A DNA stretch of 55,848 bases, filler included, from Platydemus manokwari (lineage: Eukaryota), in the NCBI GenBank assembly GCA_037951405.1. It is 5 parts of 5 records of this genome, joined end to end, with 100 filler letters (N's around TTAATTAATTAA, not from the genome) between each part and the next. Parts side by side here need not be neighbours in the genome. Positions count along the whole stretch, not along the records: positions 1 to 11,543 come from JBBMOY010606660.1; positions 11,644 to 26,142 come from JBBMOY011451420.1; 3 more parts are not named here. One strand, written 5' to 3'. Positions 1 to 12,556 of the stretch are shown here, piece after piece. Both the position numbers and the translations under genes were made by a program. The notes under the pieces were generated by a model. The model ran no database searches and had not been told where the DNA came from. It saw nothing but the letters and a program-made list of their open reading frames with translations. Each line of letters starts with the position of its first letter. Position 1 is the stretch's first letter.

Positions 1-467
1 TGTTCTTCATTTTTCGTTGCCTTTTCACCATCGTTTCTTTTGAGGCTCTTGGACCAATAACTTGAATAATTGACTTGCGTAATTGCCACATGTTTGGCTT
101 CGAATATTCACAATTATCATATTTGATTTGAATATTAATTGTATTGGTGTTTTTGTCCAAATCCATTGATAGAGATTTATTTGGGATCTTTGCGTTCAAT
201 CTGTCTTTTTCATTATTGATGATTATCTTTATTTCTTCTTTTTTTCCACTTTTCTATCATTCTTTTGGTGTTTACATTTCTTGTATCTGACTTCTTGAAA
301 GCCATCATCGTCAATAAGAGTGTGTCTAATATTCTGTTTGTCAGAATATACTCAGATCGTTGAATAGATTTTCTGTGGAATTGTAATGTAACTCTTTGTA
401 TATTGTAACTCTTTTGTAATGGATGAATTAATATTGGTAATGCTGCTAATAAAGGTAAAGACAACAT
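1..467 (-). other. Possible decayed coding frame running off the window (TE ORF or pseudogene)
   Basis: The 84-aa ORF continues in frame past TAA-TGA for ~70 more open codons (KRQIERKDPNKSLSMDL...). No homology recognised. Confidence 0.25.
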
Positions 468-1281
468 TGTTTTGGTTTTTGTAATCGTCCTTATTTCCTA
501 TTAATTTCACTGATAATTTTTAGCGATATAATATTTTTCCATTATAATTGGTTTTGGTTTCTTGTCCTTAACTATTTGGTTTAAAAGTTTATTTATAAAG
601 GCAATAATTTCATATTCAAAAAATCATATCATATAATCTTATCTAACAATTCGTAGAAAAATTTTCAATGACGTAGGTATTTAATAGTTTAATATTCAAT
701 CAATGACCTATTTCATAGTATTTTTGCAATTTAGTGCCTTGTATTTTTAAAACAATTGTTCACCTAATAAAAATTCGCGTAAAGTAATGAATATCTAATC
801 TTATTTTTTAATATTCAGATCAAAGTTGACTTTTGAAATTTCTTAGGATTGTGCAATACTCACTTATTCAATAATAAAATAAACAAATCTAAATTAAAAA
901 TTGCCCCATGGCAATTAAAAGCAAATTCATCTATGAAAATCAATGACGTAATAAATAATTGATTTTATTCTACACCGTAAATCACAAAATATAAATAAAC
1001 AAAACATCAATCAAGCAAAATTACCAAAAATGTTTCACTCATTTACATTTTTTTCTCATCTATATACACACACACAACTTATTGAACAAAAATTTTTATT
1101 TTGTCTTGAACAAATAAAGCCAACCAAAAATCTACAAAAACTTCGAGTGTGTAGAAATGAAGAAATGACACCCAATAAAAAAATAAAATCGGGATTTTTG
1201 AGTCATGAAATCACAAAATAAGGCCAGGCGCGCATTCAAGATAAAATGATGAAATTTCAATTTTGCCACACTATATATCGA

Positions 1282-4200
1282 TTAGGTGGTTTCATTTTCC
1301 ATTTTGAAATCGATGAAGTCCTCGTAGAACTTGCTATTGCATGGCTGGAAATATAATGGTACGGTGATGTTGGCGGCTTGCTTTTTTTGTTTTTCGTTGA
1401 GAAATGCTTTGAAATGGTTGGTATTGATTTTCACTTGAATGTCAGAATTGACAGTTTCGCGTACCATCGAACAAACATCCATCGACACCAACAGTTCCAG
1501 CAGATCGACAAACTCTTCCGAGCTGTTATTGGAATCGGAAACTGATGACATCGGGATATAAATGTTGGCACACGGTTCGCAGCAAGTGTTCATTCGGGGA
1601 AAGAAAACCCGCACCATTTTCGGTTTCATTGATTTTTGGTCACACAAGAACCGTTTGTAAATTATTGCTGGTGTTATGGTTTTGTTTTTAATCAATGCAT
1701 GTGACAATCGAGCAGGGATCACTTGAAATGGAACACGCATGTATTTTTCCCTGGAGATATAAAAAAAATTTTGTTAGAAAAAAAATTTTCGAAAAAAAAT
1801 GGTGACGTACCGAATTTTGAATAAATAAAACAAATACGTTTGACACACTTTACCGATGTCGAACAAATACACCCAGGCCATGTCGTCGTATATTTCAATG
1901 ATTTGGGCTCGCAAAAAGTAATCCGGTCGTATCATAGCAACGCAAACGCATCCAATAGCAACGGGTCTTGGAAGCACAGCTGTATTATCGCCGTTACCAT
2001 AATCAATATTCATTTCCTTTTGCATTTCATTGAATGATCGAATGATATCGGGATCGTAGATGCGGAGTTTAATGTGTTGAATGGTCGACATATCGACAAT
2101 GTGAGCGGCTACCAGTCGACCCAATGGGATCATGGGCTACAAACAAAATATAAAACAATATTTTGGATGGGGAATTTAAATTCTCACTTTCAACCATTCG
2201 GGATTACTGACGGTGGTTTGAAGATTATTTTTAGTGATTTGTTCCAGTGTTTTATTGACCCATTTCTCTAATTGATCTTTCACCGATGGATTACAGGTGA
2301 TTTGGAGAACTTGTTTACCGATTTCTTCCGGATGATTATAAATCAATAATTGAGCACCGAATTTTTTCATCAACTCATTTTTGGTTCTGAAAGACAGAAA
2401 CGTAAAAATTGAAATCAATATTTTTTGATGCCAATTGAATTCAATAAAACAAACAAACGAACTCACTTTCCCTTTTTACCAATGATTCTGCCACCCAAAC
2501 CCACGGGAATTGTTCGCACAATTTTAACATCGGCTTGCACACCACCTTCTTCGAGAACCGATTCATCGAAATACACCACATCGAGCTCTTTGTCGCCATA
2601 AGTGATTTTCTCGACATACAATTCCGGATTGCAATCATCGAAAGAAGGAGAACTTAAAATGGGTGTTCGTTCAGAATCCGATGAATGGATATGGACATGA
2701 TTGTCTAATATTGATTCAGCTGATAGAATAGCAACTCGTTCGGTGAGATTATTGACACAGTGGGCATGATCGCTTTCTGATGATGGGTGTGGACTGCAGA
2801 TATTGATCGAAACGTCATCATCATAGAAATCCCGTTTGATATTATTCAATGAATCTTCATCATTGGGCCAATTATTTTCCAATTTATTATTCGATTCCAT
2901 CATATCAGTGCTGGTTTCACATTTGTTACCATTGAGACAATCTTCAATGTATTCCATGAAGTTTCCTCCAGTCACCATTAAGCTTTCCAAAGATGAATCG
3001 TTGATATAATCCGATGTTTGGGAAATATCACTGCTGCTATCCACATCGACGGATTCTTTGATTGAAACCGATTCTAATTGATTTTTAATGACGTCATCAT
3101 TAGATTTATTGATTTCTGCATTATCTATATCGCCATCAATACATTTGATATCAATATTATTATTATCCATATATTCATTAATATCATTGATTAATTCATC
3201 TTGTTTATCGATTATTACATCTTTAGCAACTTGTTCATCAATGGAATCACGTCCTGATGTTTGATCACATTCCACATGATCCGTTTCTATCATATCATCA
3301 ATAACTGATTCCATATGATTTGTTTCATCATTCACACCTGCTTCTTCGGAAACAACTGATTCCTCAGACATTTCAACCTTATATTCCTCCAAATCTACTA
3401 TCATGTCTGATATTTCTTCTACAATCATATCTTCGTCATTCTCCACTACATTAATAGAGATATCAGATTCCATTTCCTTCTGTTCAGCAACAATTCCATC
3501 ATTTGATTCTTCATTGATTAATTGTTTTGACATTTCAGTGTCATTCAAATCATTTCCTCCCATTACATTGTCGATAGATTCCTCCATCTTCTCATCTTGA
3601 TCATTTCCAGATTCCTCCATAGATTCCAATGCCTTAATCTCTTGCTTCTCAATAACTGATTCATCACGTGTATATTCTTCAATAATATTCTCAATCGATT
3701 CTTCTGCTACTTTCTCTCCCCCTTCAATCGAATCAATAATATTTCCTGATTTGCTAATATCTTCGCTGTTTTCAATGAAAGATTCGTCAACTACCTCGAC
3801 CTCTTCCTTTTCATTTTCTATCGAATCGATAATAATTTCTTTATCTTGTTTCTCATCGAGAGATAAAGTGTTTATTTCGTCAATTATATTCTCATTTTCT
3901 TCGACATGCTCCAATGAGCATTCATGTTTGTCAATAAGCGATTGCTCGATTATTTCGCCTCCTTCTATTTCATCTATAAGGATTTCAGATTTGGCTTGAT
4001 CAGCTTCAATCAGATTGTTCATTGATTCGTTTGTTTCTTCTAAAGCAACTTTAATTTCTTCATCCACGAATGATTCGTCGACAATCTCGCCTTCCTCCTT
4101 TTCATTTTGTATCGATTCAATAATATCCTCAGATGTGTTAATATCTACATTGTTTCCAACGAATGATTCGTCCACAATCTCGCCTTCTTCGTTTTCTCTT

Positions 4201-5527
4201 TCCATCGAATCAATATTTCCGTCGTTTCCAACGAATGATTCGTCAACAATCTCGCCTTCTTCCTTTTCTCTTTCCATCAAATTAATATCGCCGTTATTTC
4301 CAACGAATGATTCGTCAAAAATCTCGCCTTCTATTTCATTGATAGACCTTTCAATGATCTCATCAATTTCCATTTTATTATTTATTGATTCTTCTGTTTC
4401 CTCCATGGCAATTTTCATTTCATTTTCATCCAAAGATTCATCTATTATTTCCCCATCTTCCAATTCACAAGAGATATCCCCATTTTTGGTAAGAAAATCT
4501 GAATCTTCTCCTCTACAATCCAAGATGGGATCGTTTTGATTTTCCAAACTTGATTGGCCATTAATGTCTTCATTAATAGAGATTTCTTCTACACCAATTT
4601 CGATTCTATTATTGGATTCATTAAACGTTTCTTCGTGTTGATCCTCATTTATCATTTCTTCATTTGTTAATTCGATATTATTACAATATTCTATTTGTTC
4701 TTCGACATCACCATCTTGAATTGCGATTAAAGATTCACCATTTACCTTGATATCGTCGTTTTCCAAAATATCATTAAATTCCTTATTCTCCGATATACTT
4801 GTTTCTTGTTCCTTGATTGATTCTTCAATTACTTCACTCTCCTTAATATTAACGCATATTGCAATGTCTACATTATCATTGTTGTCATTTTCCATAACTT
4901 TATCACTCGAGACATCTGAATTCAATACATTTTCGATACAATTTGTATTTGCAGAGTTTTCTAATTTCGTGACATCTTCGATTACAATTTCTTTTTCAAG
5001 ATTATTATTTATGAAAGAGTCGTGTGTGTTCGAATTGATATCGATTACCTTAACTTTATTACATAACATATCTTCCATTGACTTGTCAATGCTAGAACTT
5101 GTTATAATGCTATCTTTTACATTAAGGCTTGATGACATGTCATCATTATCTGAGCTATCAGTGCTGTCATAATCCACATTGCTGTAGTTTTTAAACGAAT
5201 TTTGGCGGACGGTATTGAAAACATTTTCGCCTTCAATTATTTCTTCAAACGTTTCAGGTATCGTCACAATTTCCTTATCAGACTCTATTTGATTAACATT
5301 TGTGTCGTTCATTTGAATGTCGTGATTCTCGCATTCTTGATCTATATTATCAAGGCATTTTTCTGAGTCTGTCTTTTTCTAAATAATAAATAAATGTATT
5401 ATGTATCATGCATTATACATAAACTAACAAAGAATTTCGTGTTCTTTTTAATCTTAATCCATAGGAAATAGACGGTTGATGCAAAAATTGCGGCACTGAT
5501 AATAAAATTAAACTTACTTCCAATCAT
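1282..5527 (-). CDS. Membrane-anchored KH + extended Tudor protein (AKAP1/spoonbill- or TDRKH/PAPI-like), 5 coding exons, ~1334 aa
   Basis: Exons 5527-5429, 5378-2467, 2386-2188, 2136-1811 and 1750-1282 are joined by GT-AG introns of 50, 80, 51 and 60 nt, all phase-compatible (total 4005 nt, ends TAA). N-terminus MIGSKFNFIISAAIFASTVYFLWIKIKKNTK is a hydrophobic signal-anchor plus basic flank. A ~930-aa D/E/N/I/S-rich region follows. The KH domain (IPVGLGGRIIGKKG|KTKNELMKKFGAQLLI) has an intact GxxG loop. Extended Tudor: GCVCVAMIRPDYFLRAQIIEIYDDMAWVYLFDIG...FKIR|EKYMRVPFQVIPARL. Confidence 0.85.
3690..4470 (-). repeat. Coding tandem repeats, core unit 72 bp / 24 aa (EKEEGEIVDESFVGNDGNIDSMER-like)
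   Basis: tttccaacgaatgattcg recurs at ~4153, ~4225 and ~4297 (period 72). More diverged EGEI/DES copies lie on both sides. Confidence 0.85.
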
Positions 5528-8500
5528 ATATCCGAAAAATAAATTATTTGACCTAAAATTAATACATAAAATTGGTAACAAATCAAAAACTTAGTCATAT
5601 TATTTGAAAACAGTTAAAAATCATACATATTTAATAAATTTACGGTGTAAATTAAATATTAAATCTTTAATATACAGCACGCGGTGTATGTTTTTCTATA
5701 AATTTAAAAATTATTTGATCACTTAAAACAAGGGGGTTTATAAATATATTTATAAGATATAAATTGAAATTGAAACCTTTCTGTTTTTTAGTATTTATAA
5801 CTTAAGTAAAATAAATTTTTTGTTGTTTATAATTCAATGATCTCAGTGAAAAATAATTATTAGATTAAAAATATAAGATTAATATTTACTAACAATAAAT
5901 ACATTTAACATATCTTTCAATATTTCATCAAATACCAACACTTTTGGCCAAGAAGCATGAACTAAATTTTCTTCTTAACGATAAGCCTTATCCTGATTAT
6001 GAAAAATTATATAATTAGGATAATTTATTACTGAAGCCCCACTATAATAATTATTTTTAGTTTAAGTAAAATAGAGATATATATTGATATTGTAAAATAT
6101 TTGAATATTCTTGCTTAGAAATTCATCGATTTATAGGGTTTATTCACATATTTATAAAGCCATTAGAGATTATCAAAAACAAGAATGATTATGAAGAATA
6201 AATTAAATTAAATTTCAACAATTTGAGGAGTTGCAATTCCTGCAATTTTGAGCTTTTCGAATTCAATTAGTATCTTTCGAACATAATTTTGTAGGTTAAT
6301 CTGAAATTACACAATTGATTTAAAAACAAGTACAATTGAGAATCTTTTGTTGATAAATTTGAAAACATCCTGCAAAGTTCATTTATTAACTATCCAAGTA
6401 ATTTTATTCAATACAATAAATTATAAATTATCTCAAGTTACTTCTTCTTATGATTAAGTATCGAAACCCCTTATTGATTGGCATCAATACGTGAATCAAA
6501 CATTCTTTTCTTAACTCTTGTTTCATTATAAGAAAAATTACAGTATTATTCAATTTTCTTTTTGATCAATTGATTGTTTAATTTTAATAGAGTCCAGCTG
6601 AATTGAATATGATGTAGTGAATAGATACCATGTTTTAATAATTCAAATATCGACCTCACTTGTATAGTTGACAGAAGTCAAATTCTAGTTAATAAATATA
6701 AAAAATGTGTTTTCATTGAAGATAAATTCGGATAATATATAATTATAAATAACTTAATAAATTTGAAAGACTGAAGATTTACTGAAACGCGTTATCCGAC
6801 TACACATTATTGTGTGACCCCCGAGTACCAAAATAACCTAAATTTAGAATGTCAAAATAGGAGAAGGCCTGATTGTTGAACCTTCCTCATTCTAATTTCG
6901 ATACTTTGAATTAGTGGAAATATTTATGTGATTACCACATCGAAACCGTTTCGTTCTGCGTTTCCAAATCATTAATTAAATATAAGTGTACTCATTTTAA
7001 GTTAAAATAAAAGAAAATAGTCCCTAGCAAGCTCGAATTATTTTCAAATCGCTTCTCTTATAATATCTTTCTAAAATTTTCTGATACCCTTATATTTACT
7101 GCTAGTGTTAAGAAAAGTTGTCATCGCTAATTTTCAAGAAATTGCAGTTTGACTTACTTTGACCTTTTTTCAAATACTAAGTTATTACTCTTCTTAAATA
7201 CTTAACTAAAAAATTCCAAATGATTTTAATATATCTAATTAAATAAACTACACAGATTTTTGCTCAACAAATTAAAAATTTTATTTTACAACTTTTCTTG
7301 ACTTTAGATAGAAATTGAAAAAAGAAAATTATAAAAATTTATCGATTATGCGTTTTATTGTGAACTTTTATAGTGTGCAAATCATCTTGTGACGATTAAT
7401 TTTTTATTCAATCTGTTTTTATTCTATGAATTGATACTTTTGACTTGATCTTTATATTGTAGGAATAAATAACAATAAGAATGAATAAATAATTAAAATG
7501 GGCAAACACGGAACAAATAGTTAAACACCAGTATACGAATAGATTAAGTGATGATTATATAATCTAGTAAATTGGGAAAATAACGATTGATTGAATAATA
7601 ATCAACCAAAGTGGAAGGCACATAACATACACGAATTTTCCAACTATCATTGTACCAGAGCAAACAGAGGTATTAAGTAAAGTGAAAAATCAAGAAGCGC
7701 TTAAATTAAATTCTACAAAATCAATCAATTTCGACATTTTTAAGGAAATATAATAAATTTAATTTTATAAACTTAATTTAATCTAGTTAATAAGAATTAA
7801 TTTGAATAATAAACCATTTGCATACCGAGTGCTATAACTTAAAAATATTGCGTGCAAAGAAACAATAATTCTATAAAGAAGGATAAATTAACGGAGTTAA
7901 ATAAATTTAGGAAAAGTTTTTCAAGTAATTAAATGAAGAAGACGAGTAATCGGAGCAATTAAGAAGTAGAGAGAAGCATTAAACAGGAAATGAAATGACA
8001 TTAATTAATGAAAAAGAACTGAAATGACAACTACATAATCATTGGTCACAGTGGGTCAAGAAACAAATTTCTACACATTATTTTCCAGGAACAATTTAGT
8101 CGTGCCAATTTTGAAGTCAGGCTGGAGGTAGCAGCAAAAATATGAAACAAAAAAGAACACAAATTTGTTGAAGACATAACTCACTGAAGAACATTTTAAA
8201 TAATTTATTATTTTTCTATATTCTTCGTGACGTGGAACTAACCGAAGTAACATATTGGTCACTTGTTCGACCAAATTCGAGTAAAGAAATTTTGTAAACT
8301 CTAGTTCGTTTTCTCCTGTTATATACATATTGAATTTTTCTTAGTCAATTGCAGAACGTACATCGATAGTATAATTATTGAGCTAATATCGGGACCTTCA
8401 CTACAATCCTTTAGTCACATCTATATAGTTTTCGGTTGCATTATTATTAAAAGTAAAGCTCTGAAGTTACTTCCCGGTATCGTCATTAATAGAATTATTG

Positions 8501-10615
8501 AAGGATAATGCGAACATAAATTGATCAATTCTCAGTTTATTGTACTGATGTATAACCTTATCAATCTGTTCCATTACAGCATTACTCTTCAAGTTAATAA
8601 ACTGTGCCAACATTTGATAAAATTGATTCTTAAATATCGGTTTTTATATTTATTATTTATGATAACTCCATGATAACTTTCATTCTTCACACTTTCTATA
8701 AATTTCGCTATAAAAATAGCAGAGGAGTCAAGCATTAATAAAATAATTTAAATACCAAAAGTAAATTTAAAGAAAATAATTAATTAAAAATAATATAATT
8801 AATGAAGACTTCATTTATCAATTAGGAGAAATAAATGGCGAAAACAAGAAAAAAAGTAAAAATAAATTAATTAAAGTTTGATGAGTGGAAATTAAGTGTT
8901 AACTTGGAAAAATAACATTTATTAAAATTAAAAAGAAAAAAATGTGAAGAATGTCAAGTGAACAGCTTATACATAAATCAACTTTAAAAGTAGAAGCATT
9001 CTTCTGAATATGTGCTATACTTAATCTTAATCAGTCGACAAACACAGAACATCTTGAACTCAGTGATAATAAGTGGATCAAAATATTGCTCTCATAGCAG
9101 CTTCTAAATTCGATTGTCTAGATACCAGATATTCATTCCGCGATTTCATCACATACTAAATACATTCTATTCATACGTGAGATTTGAGAACTTTCGATTC
9201 ATTGTACATTCATGGAATTATGACATTCACGTATCGCAAATATTTTTTCTTTTGATATCAAATTGCTTCAATCAGTTAATAACTTTTAATCATTTTTATT
9301 AATTAAAATTTGAATAACTGATATCCGACTCCTCTGCATTTTCCTCACCTATGCCCATACTGGTGGTGTATCCACCGTTTGTTATTAGATTTTGTTGTTT
9401 TCCTTTTTGAAACTTTCATAAATAATAAACTTTTGAATATCGTCAATTGTTCTTCATATAATTTACACCTTGGTGGCCATCATTAAATGCATTTTATGGT
9501 TTCAGGGCCATTCACTTTTCATATTTTTGAAGGTTTGATTGCAATAATCAAAGATAATAAATTCATCAGATTCAAAGAATAATAAACGCTTCACGTCGAT
9601 ATATAATTGATTTGCTATACGTTTGTAAATTAGGTTTATAGATATTTTCAAAATTATTATTTTAAGTCGCTAATTACCCGATTTCAAAAGGTAGTGTGGA
9701 TAATCCTTATTGATATGTTAAGGAGACATACAAATATTTATTGATAAAACAGTTTTTTTATAAAATTTTAATAATTAAGAACATAAATGACCTCAATAAT
9801 ATCTTGGATAACCAAATATCTTAATTCCCCTTTAATGAAGTTTACAAATCCTACAGATACTCAAGATAAAAATAATCAACAGTATGCTGAGCGGAGAAAT
9901 ACGGTGAAAAATGTATTTATTACCACTGAGTTCAAAAAGTGAAGTAGGACTTTTCTTAACACGGATTCTACTTTCAGGTTATTCCAGTCACACGTTTTTT
10001 TACATTTATTTCCCTCTTAATTGATTTTAAACAAATGTTACTTTTCCCATTCGACATGGCCGTCGATAGTCTAAGAACTGCTGACGATGTAATAATGGTA
10101 TTCAAAAGACGAATACTATTCAAATTGCACTATATACCGATTAAACAATCAGAAGAGAAAAATTAATTAATATTACGTTTATAAACGAAACAATTAACAA
10201 AACATGTTTAGCTCGTGCCAATCAATACGTTAGTTCCACTAATTTCCATAACAAGAAGTAACACGATTTAATTTATTATTCTAAATAAAAATTGTATTCT
10301 CGAATTTTTACCAAATATTTAGTAATTAAAATATATTTATCAATTGTTGATAGCTTAATGTTATTAAAACTCTTAAACTATCGTTTTTAATCCAATTTCA
10401 CACCAAATTGTGACTACATATCTAACATAAAAATAACAACTCACACTATTTGAATGAATGTGAATAGTTAACCATAAACTGTTAGTGCCCTATATTATAT
10501 AATAACAATTATGTGAAGACGAAACGTCATAGGATAAAAATTTTTAATGAATAAAACCAATTCTTCATCCTGAGAAGTCCAATGAACAAATCAATGACAA
10601 TACAATTTTAATTCA

Positions 10616-10936
<321 letters not shown>

Positions 10937-11543
10937 TTATGTGGCAATAATAATCAAATTGAATAACTAAAACAAAATAAAATTATACTTATAATACGTC
11001 AAGTGGAATTATTAAATTTGTATGGAAATAAATTTTATATTTAATTTGATTTATTATTCCTTAACACTGTGCAATTATTTATATAACTTTAATTAAAAAA
11101 ATTAAATTATTTTGTTGATCATTGAATTAATTATCAAATATTTTTGCACGAGTCAAATTAAGAGTAAATATTTAAAGATTACTCGCTATTTCAATGGGGG
11201 GATTTAATATAGAATTAAAATTTTGATAATAGTGCTTAAATAACTAAAAAAAACTTTAGAGTTAATTCTATATAATTAATGAAAATATAAATTTCGAAAT
11301 TTGTACCTTTTAAAGTATAAATGTATTGTTAATATATTTATGTTTTAATGAAATTTTATTTTATTCGCTTTGTTTGACCGAAATGATTTGAAAAATTACA
11401 TTTGAAATGAGTGGTTTAAATAATTATAAAATTTAGGTTTTTTGGCTGAAGTTAAGAAAAAGAGTAAAAATCAAAAAGTTTACCAAGTTGTACAACTTGT
11501 AACTAGATAACGTATGAAGGACTTGAATGGGAATCAAGCCTAA

Positions 11544-11643
11544 NNNNNNNNNNNNNNNNNNNNNNNNNNNNNNNNNNNNNNNNNNNNTTAATTAATTAAN
11601 NNNNNNNNNNNNNNNNNNNNNNNNNNNNNNNNNNNNNNNNNNN
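11544..11643. other. Artificial contig spacer N44-TTAATTAATTAA-N44
   Basis: Six-frame stop linker embedded in Ns. Confidence 0.95.
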
Positions 11644-12556
11644 TTTATATTATTATGATTATATATCATGATTATTATTGTGGAGTTGCATATTATTCGA
11701 GAAAGCTTTCTATATAAATGTCGCAAATTTCGCTAATACTTAATGTTTCTCCAAATTCATTTTGTTCTTAAAATATTTCGATTATACTTTCTTTCGATTT
11801 TAAATCACCGATATAGATTTGTATATTTTTCTTATCAAATAGTTTTTCTATATTTTATTAAGGTTGTCAGCAAAAGTTTTATGCCATGCTTCTTAAAAAA
11901 TCAATAAAAGAAGTTTGTTCTTTCCATTTTAATTTAATTGGTCAGAAATAATAATTTTCACAAAAACTAAATCAGTATTTTTAAAAATGTTTTAATAAGA
12001 ATTTTCGGTTTTCTATTATATTAATCTCCTGGAGATATTTATTTATTAAAAAATTTATATTTATAACAAATGAAATTTTTTGAAAGCACTGCACCTTTCG
12101 TCAAGTTCCTTCAGTAAATCACAGTTGTTATAATTGAACAAGTAATAAGTGCATGGATTACAGTAAATTAAAAATTACACAATTTTCAAGGGTTTTGTGA
12201 AAGATCTGAAAGGACAAACTGAAACGTTCGTCCATGATAAGGTTTATGATAGAAAAAAAAGTTTTAATAAAAAAGTTTACTTCTCATCAAACAAACATGA
12301 TAATTTAATTCTATAGAAACCAATTTGTTTCACCCTAAATTTACTAGTAGTGCTTGGAATTAAATTGATCAACTAAGGTTAATTTATTTAGATTCCAAAT
12401 GTGTTTTTCTATTAAGAGATTTGGGAATAACAACTCGTTAAACTTCATAAAATTACTTATCATTAATTTAATTAAAAGAAATCATTAAATAAAAGATAAT
12501 CCATTTTATAATGATAAGTGAATAGAAATAATTGTTAGAATCATTTCAGTATTATT

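Noticed and set aside
900-916. X-box-like TTGCCCCATGGCAAT
   Set aside because: No confident gene start nearby; it lies just downstream of the Tudor gene 3' end.
3403-5172. Plus-strand Ser/Ile-rich ORFs (65-174 aa)
   Set aside because: Antisense shadows of the acidic minus-strand exon.
5642-5688. RCGGTGT motif upstream of several genes (also ~971, ~40745)
   Set aside because: It also occurs inside CDS and TE sequence, and the count is not clearly above chance for a 6-mer.
6765-6800. CTGAAGA...GAAACGCGTTA minimal hammerhead-like string
   Set aside because: Stem I and stem II do not pair adequately.
8719-9337. 11-bp inverted repeat GCAGAGGAGTC/GACTCCTCTGC as MITE ends
   Set aside because: No target-site duplication or second copy visible. 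Too short to support.
11588-11599. Palindromic TTAATTAATTAA as a biological repeat or piggyBac TTAA site
   Set aside because: Always centred in exactly 44+44 Ns, so it is a synthetic six-frame-stop linker.
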